Origin: Patescibacteria group bacterium
GTDB taxonomy: Bacteria; Patescibacteriota; Patescibacteriia; Magasanikbacterales; UBA922
DNA length: 64,000 nucleotides
NCBI GenBank assembly: GCA_018823045.1
Contig: JAHJIX010000020.1
Span: forward strand, 20,370 to 84,369
Direction: 5' to 3'
Shown: piece after piece, positions 38,458 to 46,885 of the stretch
How positions within the stretch are numbered: position 1 is the first letter of the stretch
Layout: each line of letters starts with the position of its first letter
Position numbers and translations under genes: made by a program
Notes under the pieces: model-generated
Database searches by the model: none
Told to the model about the DNA's origin: nothing
What the model saw: the letters and a program-made list of their open reading frames with translations, nothing else

Positions 38458-41028
38458 ATGCTTTTTCAATTAACGATTAATCCCTACGGCCAATCTCCTG
38501 TTGCGGGTGTACAAATTACAGAACAAATGCTCATGATTGGGTTATTTATTCTTTTTATTGTCACTATTCTTTTAGCGGGACTCTTTATCCTCCGCGCAAT
38601 ACTTCATAGTAAAAATGAAAAATTAGCCGCATTTAACCGAGTGGTCATGCAAATACAAGTGCCAAAAGAGAGAAAGTCCGAAGGACAAGGCGGGCAAGCA
38701 GGAAGTGATGATCGATTAGAGCATATTAAAGAAGAAATTGGAATTACTGAAACATTTTTTTCTACTGTAGCAGGGCTAAAAGCAAAAAAAGGATTCCTAC
38801 ATTGGTTTAATGGAAAATCAGAAGATATCGCATTTGAAATCGTCATGCACAATGGCCTTATTTATTTTTATATTGATGTCCCAAAAAAGATTCAGTCATT
38901 TATTGAACAACAAATTCATGCGCAATACCCACATGCAGAAATTGACATCATGACTGACTATAATATTTTTACCGAACAAAGTACTATTTTAGGTGCTTAC
39001 CTATATGCAGAAAACAAACATGTCTTTCCGTTTAAAACATACAAAACAATGGACTCTGACCCATTGTCGGCGATATTAAATGTTCTTGCAAAAATTAGAG
39101 AGCATAATAGTAGTGCGGCAATTCAATTTGTGGTACGTAGTGCAAAAAAATCATGGCGTAGTGAAGGAATTCGGATTGTGCGAGAAGTAAAACAAGGAAA
39201 AAAGTTTGAAGATGTCACAGAAAAATCAGCACTCAAAAGTTTTTTCAAAAATAGTGGAAAAACAATGGGTGAACTTCTTCGAGACAAAAAGAAAGATGAA
39301 GCACCAGAAAAACAATACCAACTCTCTGGCATGGAAGAAGAAATGTTAAAAGGGGTAGAAGAAAAACTCAGCAAAGGTGGAATTGAAGTCACTTTACGTG
39401 TTATGACAGCGTCAGACAACCCGATACTCGCACAAAGTCATTTAGATAATCTGCTCAATTCATTTAGTCAATACAACCTCTATCGCTACGGAAATAGTTT
39501 TAAAGCAGCGGTTCCTCGAAATCAAAAAAGATTAATCCAAGATTTTATTTATCGAACATTTGAACCAAAATGGGGCATGACGTTTAATACAGAAGAAATG
39601 GCTTCTGTCTGGCACTTACCTCTTCATTCAACTGAAGCCCCAAATATTAAATGGCTATCAGGAAGAAGTGCACCACCACCACCGAATTTGCCAGATTCAG
39701 GATTACTTATGGGTTTTGTTGACTATCGTGGGCAAAGAAATGATGTTTTTCTAAAAGAAGCAGACAGACGACGCCATCTCTATATTATCGGAAAATCTGG
39801 AAGTGGTAAATCAGTAACAATTGCAAACTTAGCTATTCAAGATATTCAAGATGGCAAAGGAGTATGTATTGTTGACCCACATGGAGATTTAGTTGAAGCA
39901 GTACTCCAACATGTTCCAAAACACCGTGCTGATGATGTTATTATTTTTAATCCATCTGATTTAGATCGTCCAATTGGACTAAACATGCTTGAACCAAAAA
40001 CAGAAGACCAACGAGATTTTGCTGTACAAGAAATGATTGGAATTTTTTATAAACTCTTCCCGCCTGAAATGATTGGACCAATGTTTGAACATCAAATGAG
40101 AAACGTCATGTTAACGCTCATGGCCGACATCAATGATCCTGGAACAATTATTGATATTCCACGGATGTTTACTGATGATGATTATGTCAAAATTTATCTT
40201 GATCGCGTGACAGACCCAGTTGTGCGTGCATTTTGGGAAAAAGAAATGGCAAAAACAAGTGACCATACCAAATCTGAAATGCTTGGATATTTGGTTTCTA
40301 AAGTTGGACGTTTTGTTGGGAATGAAATGATGAGAAACATTATGGGACAACAAAAATCTGCGCTTGACTTCCGTGATATCATGGATAATGAAAAAATATT
40401 ACTCGTCAATCTTGCAAAAGGAAAAACAGGAGAAGTCAACTCAAAACTTCTTGGATTAATTATTGTAGCAAAACTTCAAATGGCTGCAATGGGGCGAGCT
40501 GACATGGAAGAAGCAGATCGAAAAGATTTTTATCTCTATATAGACGAGTTCCAAAACTTTATTACAGACTCTATTTCAACTATCTTATCTGAGGCACGAA
40601 AATACAAACTCGATTTAATTGTTGCCCACCAATATATGGGACAACTCGTTGATGATAAAGGAAAAGCAGACGTACGCGACGCAATTCTTGGAAATGTAGG
40701 TACAATACTGTCTGGACGTATTGGTCCTGATGATGCAGAAATTTTAGCAAAAGAATTTGCACCAGTGTTTGGATCATATGATCTCATCAATGCACCACAA
40801 TATTCTTTTTATGCAAAGATGTTAATTGACAATCAAGCAAGTAAACCCTTCCTCATGCGTGCTTATCCACCAAAAGAAGGAAACAAAGAACTTGCTGCAG
40901 CAATTACTCAACTCTCTCGTTTAAAATATGGACGAAATAAACAAATTGTTTCTGCTGAAATTATTGAACGGTCAAAACTTGGTGAAATCACAAAAGGAGA
41001 CACATCACTATCTGAAGCAAGTTTGTAA
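38458..41028 (+). CDS. Membrane-anchored type IV coupling protein-like ATPase (VirD4/TrwB/TraG family) with ~390-aa unique N-terminal domain
   Basis: N-terminal TM 'MLMIGLFILFIVTILLAGLFILRAIL'. Walker A 'RRRHLYIIGKSGSGKSVTIANL…GKGVCIVDPHGDL' (TrwB_AAD_bind-like). Walker B 'FYLYIDEFQNF'. C-terminal 'LDLIVAHQYMGQL…ILGNVGTILSGRIG' (TraG-D_C-like). Confidence 0.65.
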   Translation: MLFQLTINPYGQSPVAGVQITEQMLMIGLFILFIVTILLAGLFILRAILHSKNEKLAAFNRVVMQIQVPKERKSEGQGGQAGSDDRLEHIKEEIGITETFFSTVAGLKAKKGFLHWFNGKSEDIAFEIVMHNGLIYFYIDVPKKIQSFIEQQIHAQYPHAEIDIMTDYNIFTEQSTILGAYLYAENKHVFPFKTYKTMDSDPLSAILNVLAKIREHNSSAAIQFVVRSAKKSWRSEGIRIVREVKQGKKFEDVTEKSALKSFFKNSGKTMGELLRDKKKDEAPEKQYQLSGMEEEMLKGVEEKLSKGGIEVTLRVMTASDNPILAQSHLDNLLNSFSQYNLYRYGNSFKAAVPRNQKRLIQDFIYRTFEPKWGMTFNTEEMASVWHLPLHSTEAPNIKWLSGRSAPPPPNLPDSGLLMGFVDYRGQRNDVFLKEADRRRHLYIIGKSGSGKSVTIANLAIQDIQDGKGVCIVDPHGDLVEAVLQHVPKHRADDVIIFNPSDLDRPIGLNMLEPKTEDQRDFAVQEMIGIFYKLFPPEMIGPMFEHQMRNVMLTLMADINDPGTIIDIPRMFTDDDYVKIYLDRVTDPVVRAFWEKEMAKTSDHTKSEMLGYLVSKVGRFVGNEMMRNIMGQQKSALDFRDIMDNEKILLVNLAKGKTGEVNSKLLGLIIVAKLQMAAMGRADMEEADRKDFYLYIDEFQNFITDSISTILSEARKYKLDLIVAHQYMGQLVDDKGKADVRDAILGNVGTILSGRIGPDDAEILAKEFAPVFGSYDLINAPQYSFYAKMLIDNQASKPFLMRAYPPKEGNKELAAAITQLSRLKYGRNKQIVSAEIIERSKLGEITKGDTSLSEASL

Positions 41029-41082
41029 AATAGAAACAACTACGCTATAATATACTTTCTATTCACAAAAATAAATATACAT

Positions 41083-41703
41083 ATGGATCATATTGGATCA
41101 ATTTTACAACCACCTGCAGGACAAAAAATTGTCAATCAAGAAGAAAACACATTCCATCTTGATCTTGACACAATCGATATGCAAGATACAGAACAAATTT
41201 CTGCAGGAACAACAGAATTAAAAAAAATGATCTATCATATGCAAGAGCAACTCAACACAATGCTCTCATTGATTGAATCTGGTATTCCACTTCCAACAGC
41301 AGTCAAACCTATATTAAACAACACAGAAGACGACTCAAACGCAATTGAAGGAGTGTTTAATGGTGAAGCAATGATTGGAGAAGATGGCAATACATATACC
41401 ATTCCACCAAACTACGCAAGTAAATCTAAACTCATTGAAGGCGACTTACTAAAAGTAACCGTTGACCCTACTGGTCGCTACATCTTTAAACAAATAATGA
41501 AGACCGCACGCAAGCTTGTTAAAGGATCACTGATTAAAGGAAATGACGAACACAAATGGCAAGTACTTGTTGATGGTCGCATATATAAAGTGCTGACTGC
41601 CGCAGTAACATTCCACAAAGGTATAGAGGGTGCAGAAGTAACACTCATTATTCCAGAAAATGGAGAAAGTGACTGGGGATCAATTGAACGCATTATTTCT
41701 TAA
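41083..41703 (+). CDS. Hypothetical protein, last gene of the T4CP-like operon
   Basis: 206 aa with no TM or signal peptide. 54 nt downstream of the ATPase gene. Followed by terminator 41740..41767. Confidence 0.45.
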   Translation: MDHIGSILQPPAGQKIVNQEENTFHLDLDTIDMQDTEQISAGTTELKKMIYHMQEQLNTMLSLIESGIPLPTAVKPILNNTEDDSNAIEGVFNGEAMIGEDGNTYTIPPNYASKSKLIEGDLLKVTVDPTGRYIFKQIMKTARKLVKGSLIKGNDEHKWQVLVDGRIYKVLTAAVTFHKGIEGAEVTLIIPENGESDWGSIERIIS

Positions 41704-41739
41704 ACTATTAAAACTAGCTAAATACCATCAATAAAAAAA

Positions 41740-41767
41740 GAAGTACTTTATTAGTACTTCTTTTTTT
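41740..41767. terminator. Bidirectional intrinsic terminator (GAAGTACT-TTATT-AGTACTTC + T7)
   Basis: Perfect 8-bp palindrome flanked by A-run and T-run. Lies between the convergent 41083..41703 (+) and SWIB (-) genes. Confidence 0.6.
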
Positions 41768-41779
41768 ATATAATATATT

Positions 41780-42049
41780 TTACGCTTTATCTGGATCAGT
41801 TAAATGTCCTGATACTAATTTTGTCATTTCAAACATAGTAACTTCATCTTTACCAAAGATAGGACGTAAAAGATCATCTGCAAAAATATTTCTTTTGTTC
41901 TCTGGATTTTGAAGATTATGTTTTTTAATGTATTCCCAAATCTTCTTAACAACTTGTGTTCTTGGAGTTGGACCTTTTCCAATAACCGCTTCTAACTCTG
42001 GTGAGAGGTTAAGTGGCTTAGCCAATGCTGGATTTAATTTTCGTACCAT
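41780..42049 (-). CDS. SWIB/MDM2-domain protein
   Basis: 'LSPELEAVIGKGPTPRTQVVKKIWEYIKKHNLQNPENKRNIFADDLLRPIFG' is a canonical SWIB domain. Start moved to 'MVRKLNP' at 42049. Confidence 0.7.
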   Translation of the reverse strand: MVRKLNPALAKPLNLSPELEAVIGKGPTPRTQVVKKIWEYIKKHNLQNPENKRNIFADDLLRPIFGKDEVTMFEMTKLVSGHLTDPDKA

Positions 42050-42186
42050 ATGTGTGCTACTATTAAGAATAGATAAGTAACTTACACTGAGTATAGCATA
42101 CCCTGAAAAAAGAGGCAACACCTTCTCCTTTACCTCTCCTCCATTCTACGCTATACTATACGAGATATATTTGATTTGAATTTGAT

Positions 42187-43806
42187 ATGGCACTTTACCA
42201 CACCCACCGACCACAAACTTTTGATGATATTTTAGGACAAAAACACATCATTCAAACAATCACGAACCAAATCCTACAAGAAAAAGTAGCCCATGCATAC
42301 TTATTTTTTGGTCCTCGAGGTATTGGAAAAACTACCACAGCAAGACTACTAGCAAAAGCTGTTAATTGTACAGAAAAGAAAAAAGACACATATGAGCCAT
42401 GTAACACTTGTGCGGCCTGTACAAGCATTACACAGGGGTCTGCTATTGATGTGATTGAGATTGATGCAGCAAGCCACACTGGTGTTGATCACGTTCGTGA
42501 ACACATTATTGAAAACGCTCAATTTAAACCAACAACTTGTGCCAAAAAAGTATTTATTATCGACGAGGTGCACATGCTTTCAACCAGTGCATTTAATGCG
42601 CTCTTAAAAACACTCGAGGAACCACCGGCACACGTCATGTTTATTTTAGCTACAACAGAATTACATAAACTTCCTGCAACCATTATTTCTCGCTGTCAAC
42701 GATTTACGTATGAATCAATTAGCCACGACGACTTACATGGCTATTTAAAAAATATTGCAAAAAAAGAAGGGCGAACACTTGATGAAGATGTCATTGAGCG
42801 CATTATTATAAAAAGTGATGGCTGTGTGCGTGACGCAGTAAGCTTACTTGAACAAGTTCTTTCTTTTGGAAGTGAACATATTACAATTAACGATGTACTT
42901 CATATACTTCCTCCCGTATTTTCAGAAGATACACGAGAACTGGTATTTTCTATCCTTGAAAATAATCCAACAGAAGCACTTCACAAATTGCACCACATGT
43001 ATGCACAAAATATGCATATGATTGAATGCATCGATACATTAATTGATGTACTACGCACACTCATGATTACTTCTGTGAATCCAACAGCAATATCAAACTA
43101 TGGTTTTGATAAAGAAATTACAAAAAAAATCAAATCCTTCCATAAACAATATAAACCAAATTACTACATTACACTTATCGAATCAGCAATGAAACGTAGA
43201 GGTCTCATTAAACAAAGCCCAATTGAGACACTTCCATTGGAATTATTTATTATCGAATGGACAGACACGACAAAAGCAACTACTGTTATTTCAGAAGAGC
43301 CAGTTCCTACTCCCCCACAAGAAAAAGCGCCAAAGCTAATAGTAGAAACACCTGCTCCAGCAGCTCCTAAAAAAGTTGAAGAAGAAATACCTACACCAGA
43401 AGAACCGGCCCCTGTAGCAGAAAAAAAAGCGCCACAAGAAACTCCTGCACCTCTACCAGAAACATCTTCTGAACCAATGGCAATCACAAAAGCAAATATT
43501 TTATCTATCTGGAATGCCTTTTTAGAACGAGTAGAAAAAGAATCCGCATCACTTGTCTATATTGTAAAAACACTCGAAGTGGTATCAATAAAAGATCAAC
43601 TTATTACCTTTACGGTTCCATTTGCGTTTCATAAAGACAAACTTACTGATACAAATTGCCAAGCAAGTCTGACACAAGCACTCTCTGATTTGCTACAAAC
43701 CCCTGTTTCATTTGAAATCGATGTTGTTAAAAAAGAAGGAGATGGGACAGCCCCTGCAAAAGACATTCAACAAGTTGCAGATGCATTTGGTGGTGAAGTC
43801 ATGTAA
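42187..43806 (+). CDS. dnaX: DNA polymerase III subunit gamma/tau
   Basis: 'HAYLFFGPRGIGKTTTARLLAKAVNC', zinc module 'CNTCAACTSI', 'IIDEVHMLS' and sensor 'SRCQRF'. P/E/A-rich linker before the C-terminal domain. Confidence 0.85.
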   Translation: MALYHTHRPQTFDDILGQKHIIQTITNQILQEKVAHAYLFFGPRGIGKTTTARLLAKAVNCTEKKKDTYEPCNTCAACTSITQGSAIDVIEIDAASHTGVDHVREHIIENAQFKPTTCAKKVFIIDEVHMLSTSAFNALLKTLEEPPAHVMFILATTELHKLPATIISRCQRFTYESISHDDLHGYLKNIAKKEGRTLDEDVIERIIIKSDGCVRDAVSLLEQVLSFGSEHITINDVLHILPPVFSEDTRELVFSILENNPTEALHKLHHMYAQNMHMIECIDTLIDVLRTLMITSVNPTAISNYGFDKEITKKIKSFHKQYKPNYYITLIESAMKRRGLIKQSPIETLPLELFIIEWTDTTKATTVISEEPVPTPPQEKAPKLIVETPAPAAPKKVEEEIPTPEEPAPVAEKKAPQETPAPLPETSSEPMAITKANILSIWNAFLERVEKESASLVYIVKTLEVVSIKDQLITFTVPFAFHKDKLTDTNCQASLTQALSDLLQTPVSFEIDVVKKEGDGTAPAKDIQQVADAFGGEVM

Positions 43807-43835
43807 TAATTGTAAAAATATTTATCACTACACAC

Positions 43836-43938
43836 TGTCATCCTGGGCGTAGTGTAACGGAGTCGAAGGATTCCATCCTCAAGCACAATAGACATTCCCA
43901 CGGGATACTTCGACTTACTTCATTCGCCCAGCATGACA
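43836..43938. repeat. Inverted pair of the GTCATCCTGGGCG…GTCGAAGGA repeat unit forming a ~100-nt imperfect hairpin
   Basis: Left arm TGTCATCCTGGGCG…GGAGTCGAAGGA (43836..43870). Right arm ACTTCGACT…CGCCCAGCATGACA (43908..43938). Same unit family as 26761..26786. Confidence 0.6.
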
Positions 43939-44020
43939 ACAGTAAACAACCTTGTCGATAATTGACTTTTTCTAACAATTCAGTACAATATATGAGAGCC
44001 TTATCAGCTCTCATATTTAT

Positions 44021-44092
44021 TCGGAGATCGTCTAATGGTAGGACACTTGGTTCTGGTCCAAGGTATCAGGGTTCGAATCCTTGTCTCCGAGC
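44021..44092 (+). tRNA. tRNA-Gln (anticodon CUG)
   Basis: Cloverleaf: acceptor TCGGAGA/TCTCCGA; anticodon stem CTTGG/CCAAG with loop TTCTGGT (anticodon CTG); T-arm CAGGG-TTCGAAT-CCTTG. CCA not encoded. Terminator hairpin at 44107..44127. Confidence 0.8.
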
Positions 44093-44106
44093 AGATTGCA
44101 ACAAAA

Positions 44107-44127
44107 AGAGGTGTAAGCCTCTTTTTG
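44107..44127 (+). terminator. Intrinsic terminator after tRNA-Gln (AGAGG-TGTAAG-CCTCT + T5)
   Basis: 5-bp GC stem plus T-run immediately 3' of the tRNA. Confidence 0.45.
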
Positions 44128-44568
44128 TGTTGGTTTTAAAGGGTTTTTTTCCAGTTCGAGCCTGTAAAATTCAGCTTCAATACCCTTTACTATGGATGGA
44201 AATTACAACGAGCTGCGCGCAACAACACTTGAAATGAAAAATGAAGGAAATTTTTCTATCATTCTTAATTATAAAGACCCTATTGGCATGATTACTTTTG
44301 CTGAACTAAAAGAACCTGTTGAAGGACAACCACAAAGCCAATACCGAGGACAAGATGGTGTAGGTGCTCCAAATATGAATTTCATACCTGGGAAAGATAT
44401 ATAAAAGTAATTCTCAAATAAAAAAACACGACCCCGTATAAACCCAATACAAACATGTCGACTATTGAACAGGCAGGTTTTTTATATTGACAAAATAACT
44501 AAATTAGCATACTATTCTTTCAGAAATGATAAGATCCCCTTGTCATACTCACAAAGGAAAGCAATAGA

Positions 44569-45042
44569 ATGCTCATCCGTATGATCTTTTTGATCATTCT
44601 CTCGTTCTTTATGAGCTCATGTCGATGCTCAAGCCCAACCGAACAACCACAAAGGAAAACACGAAGCGCTCAAAAAAGAAAAGATTCAAGACAAGCACAG
44701 GCTGTTTATCATATTGAAAAACACAAAATACATGGTGACGTATATGTGTTTGATATTGATAGACGCTACCCTGGTAAAGAAAAAATATTTATGGATGAAT
44801 CAGGTATAACAGCTGTTACATCTCATCCACATAAATTTCTTTATCACCGAATTGGATGCCAAGCAACTTTTTATGTAACTAAAATTCTTGGTGTTGTTGA
44901 AAAAAATGGAAAATTAGGAATAAAAATACATGTTTTTTCTTCAAATCCAGAAGGATCTATGGAACGTGAAGAAACCTGTTGGGCACCTGAAGATATAAAT
45001 GATGAAAGCTTTTACTGCATTGAAGGAAAAACCCGCTACTAA
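44569..45042 (+). CDS. Lipoprotein, unknown function
   Basis: Signal peptide plus lipobox 'LSFFMSSC'. 157 aa. Promoter-like TTGACA-17-TACTAT lies upstream (44487..44515). Confidence 0.5.
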   Translation: MLIRMIFLIILSFFMSSCRCSSPTEQPQRKTRSAQKRKDSRQAQAVYHIEKHKIHGDVYVFDIDRRYPGKEKIFMDESGITAVTSHPHKFLYHRIGCQATFYVTKILGVVEKNGKLGIKIHVFSSNPEGSMEREETCWAPEDINDESFYCIEGKTRY

Positions 45043-45203
45043 TATATTTTTTATATTAACCCCACCTCACCCACTCTAATCCAGAGTAACATCCCCAAAG
45101 AACTTGCTTCAGTTCTAAAACAGAAGCAAAACCACAATGTCCCCACCTTTCGGAAACAGGTGGGTTTTTTACGTCTATATAGCCAAATTAACAGCCTAGC
45201 ACT

Positions 45204-45232
45204 TGACAAAACCCTTATTTTGTGCTATAGTA
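45204..45232 (+). promoter_or_regulatory. Sigma70-like promoter TTGACA-17-TATAGT for DEAD-box helicase 1
   Basis: ttgaca 45204..45209; tatagt 45227..45232. Leaves a ~100-nt 5' UTR containing hairpins. Confidence 0.55.
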
Positions 45233-45331
45233 TGCTATTCAATTAGGTCTGGTAGACACCTATCAGATGACTCGACTTTGTATATGTCATGTGTATGACC
45301 TCGAAGCGTTCGGGTCTTACATAACAACTAT

Positions 45332-46621
45332 ATGACAAATACAGCACAAACTGGTCATTTTCGTGACCTTGGAATTGGAAAAAACTTCTTAGAAATCCTT
45401 GAACAAAAAGGATTCACTACCCCAACTCCTATTCAACACCAAATCATCCCTGGTGCAATCACTGGGAAAGATGTTATTGGTATTGCACAAACTGGAACTG
45501 GGAAAACCCTTGCATTTGGAATCCCAATGATCCAACGTCTTGCCGTTGGCAAAGGACAAGGCCTTATTTTAGTACCTACACGTGAACTTGCCCTCCAAGT
45601 AGATGCCTCACTTAAAAAAATTGGTGGACCACTTGGATTACGCACTGTTGTCGTTATTGGTGGAACAAGTGCTCAACCACAAATAAGAGCACTCAAAGCA
45701 AATCCACATATTGTGATTGCTACTCCAGGTCGTTTAGTTGACCTCATGAATCAAGGAGCATACAAGCTTGATCGCGTAAGTATTATTACCTTAGACGAAG
45801 CAGATCGTATGCTTGATGTTGGGTTTTTACCACAAATTAAACGTATTTTACAAACAGCACCAAAGCCAAGACAAACCATGCTATTTTCTGCTACTATGCC
45901 AAAAACTATTTCATCTTTGGCAAGTGCATTTATGCACCTTCCACTTCGTATTGAAATTGCGCCACAAGGAACCTCTGCAAAAAATGTAGAACAAGAAATC
46001 TTTGTTATTCGCAAAAAAGATAAAATGCGTTTACTTGATTCATTACTTGAACAATACAAAAAAGACACTATTATTATCTTTTCTCGTACAAAGCATGGAG
46101 CAAAACGTATTGCGCGAGACATTCGCAATATGGGGCATACTGCTACAGAAATTCATGGAAATCGTTCTCTTCCACAAAGAAAAGCAGCTTTATCTGGATT
46201 TACCAACGGAAAATTCCGTATTATGGTAGCGACCGATATTGCCGCACGTGGGATTGATGTACAAGATATTACGGTAGTTCTTAACTTTGACCTTCCTGAT
46301 AATTCAGAAGACTATGTTCATCGTATTGGACGCACTGGTCGTGCAGGACGATTTGGAAAAGCAATTTCTTTTGTAACACCAGAACAGTCAGATGATATTC
46401 GCAAGATTGAACGATTAATTCGTAAAACATTGCCAATTCTTGATTTACCAAAACTTCCACAAGAAAGACCTAAAGCTCCTCCATCACCACAAACACAACA
46501 AAATCGCCGAAGACATAGTACTTCTGGTGCTGAACAAGGAAATAAAGCCCGTCCACAACACAAACACAACAAACGACAGTATAAAGGAAAAAGGAAAAAT
46601 ACGACAAAAAAAGAACAATAA
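45332..46621 (+). CDS. DEAD-box ATP-dependent RNA helicase (RhlE-like) with basic C-terminal tail
   Basis: Q-motif region, 'AQTGTGKT', 'PTRELA', 'LDEADRMLD', 'SAT', 'HRIGRTGRAG'. Lys/Arg-rich C-terminal tail. Confidence 0.9.
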   Translation: MTNTAQTGHFRDLGIGKNFLEILEQKGFTTPTPIQHQIIPGAITGKDVIGIAQTGTGKTLAFGIPMIQRLAVGKGQGLILVPTRELALQVDASLKKIGGPLGLRTVVVIGGTSAQPQIRALKANPHIVIATPGRLVDLMNQGAYKLDRVSIITLDEADRMLDVGFLPQIKRILQTAPKPRQTMLFSATMPKTISSLASAFMHLPLRIEIAPQGTSAKNVEQEIFVIRKKDKMRLLDSLLEQYKKDTIIIFSRTKHGAKRIARDIRNMGHTATEIHGNRSLPQRKAALSGFTNGKFRIMVATDIAARGIDVQDITVVLNFDLPDNSEDYVHRIGRTGRAGRFGKAISFVTPEQSDDIRKIERLIRKTLPILDLPKLPQERPKAPPSPQTQQNRRRHSTSGAEQGNKARPQHKHNKRQYKGKRKNTTKKEQ

Positions 46622-46626
46622 ATAAC

Positions 46627-46660
46627 AAAACAGCATGAATCCCATGCTGTTTTGTCTTTT
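46627..46660 (+). terminator. Intrinsic terminator (AAAACAGCATG-AATCCC-CATGCTGTTTT)
   Basis: 11-bp perfect stem then 'gtcttttt'. Directly after the helicase stop. Confidence 0.6.
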
Positions 46661-46706
46661 TCTATGACAAATTCGCTTATTTTAGAGAAGAAAATATTCT
46701 TTTTTC

Positions 46707-46735
46707 TTGACAAATATCTATAAACGTGCTAGAAT
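46707..46735 (+). promoter_or_regulatory. Sigma70-like promoter TTGACA-17-TAGAAT for DEAD-box helicase 2
   Basis: ttgaca 46707..46712; tagaat 46730..46735. Leaves a ~150-nt 5' UTR with a perfect 21-nt palindrome at 46782..46802. Confidence 0.55.
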
Positions 46736-46885
46736 AGAGCATCCCTAATAAACGGGACGGGAATACCTCATACGGTATCTTGATACTAGATCATCTAGTA
46801 TCTTATTTACATGAAGGGTTGATGTCATAATGATAATGCAATCTTTTCGTAAATAAACGTTAACTTAAAGATAAGCGCATACACT

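Noticed and set aside
43962-44404. ORFs 43962..44237(+) and 44192..44404(+) around the tRNA
   Set aside because: The first overlaps the tRNA-Gln gene and its terminator, so it is certainly spurious. The second (70 aa) has no SD or promoter and sits between the tRNA terminator and the lipoprotein promoter. I left it unannotated as too weak.
45043-45175. C-rich 3' region after the lipoprotein gene (ccccacctcacccactc…) with two hairpins as a possible sRNA
   Set aside because: It is more simply a 3' UTR with a terminator (CCCACCT…AGGTGGG + T-run at ~45137..45172). No promoter is evident, so it is not called as a separate feature.
30760-45232. Recurring 'ATGCTATACT / TGCTATAGT' motif upstream of many genes (30760, 37775, 6800, 42090, 42140, 45221, 34665) as a possible dedicated regulator site
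   Set aside because: It is best explained as the organism's TG-extended -10 promoter element (TGnTATACT), not a specific operator. Only the longer 18-nt identity shared by the two giant transglutaminase-like genes is unusual.
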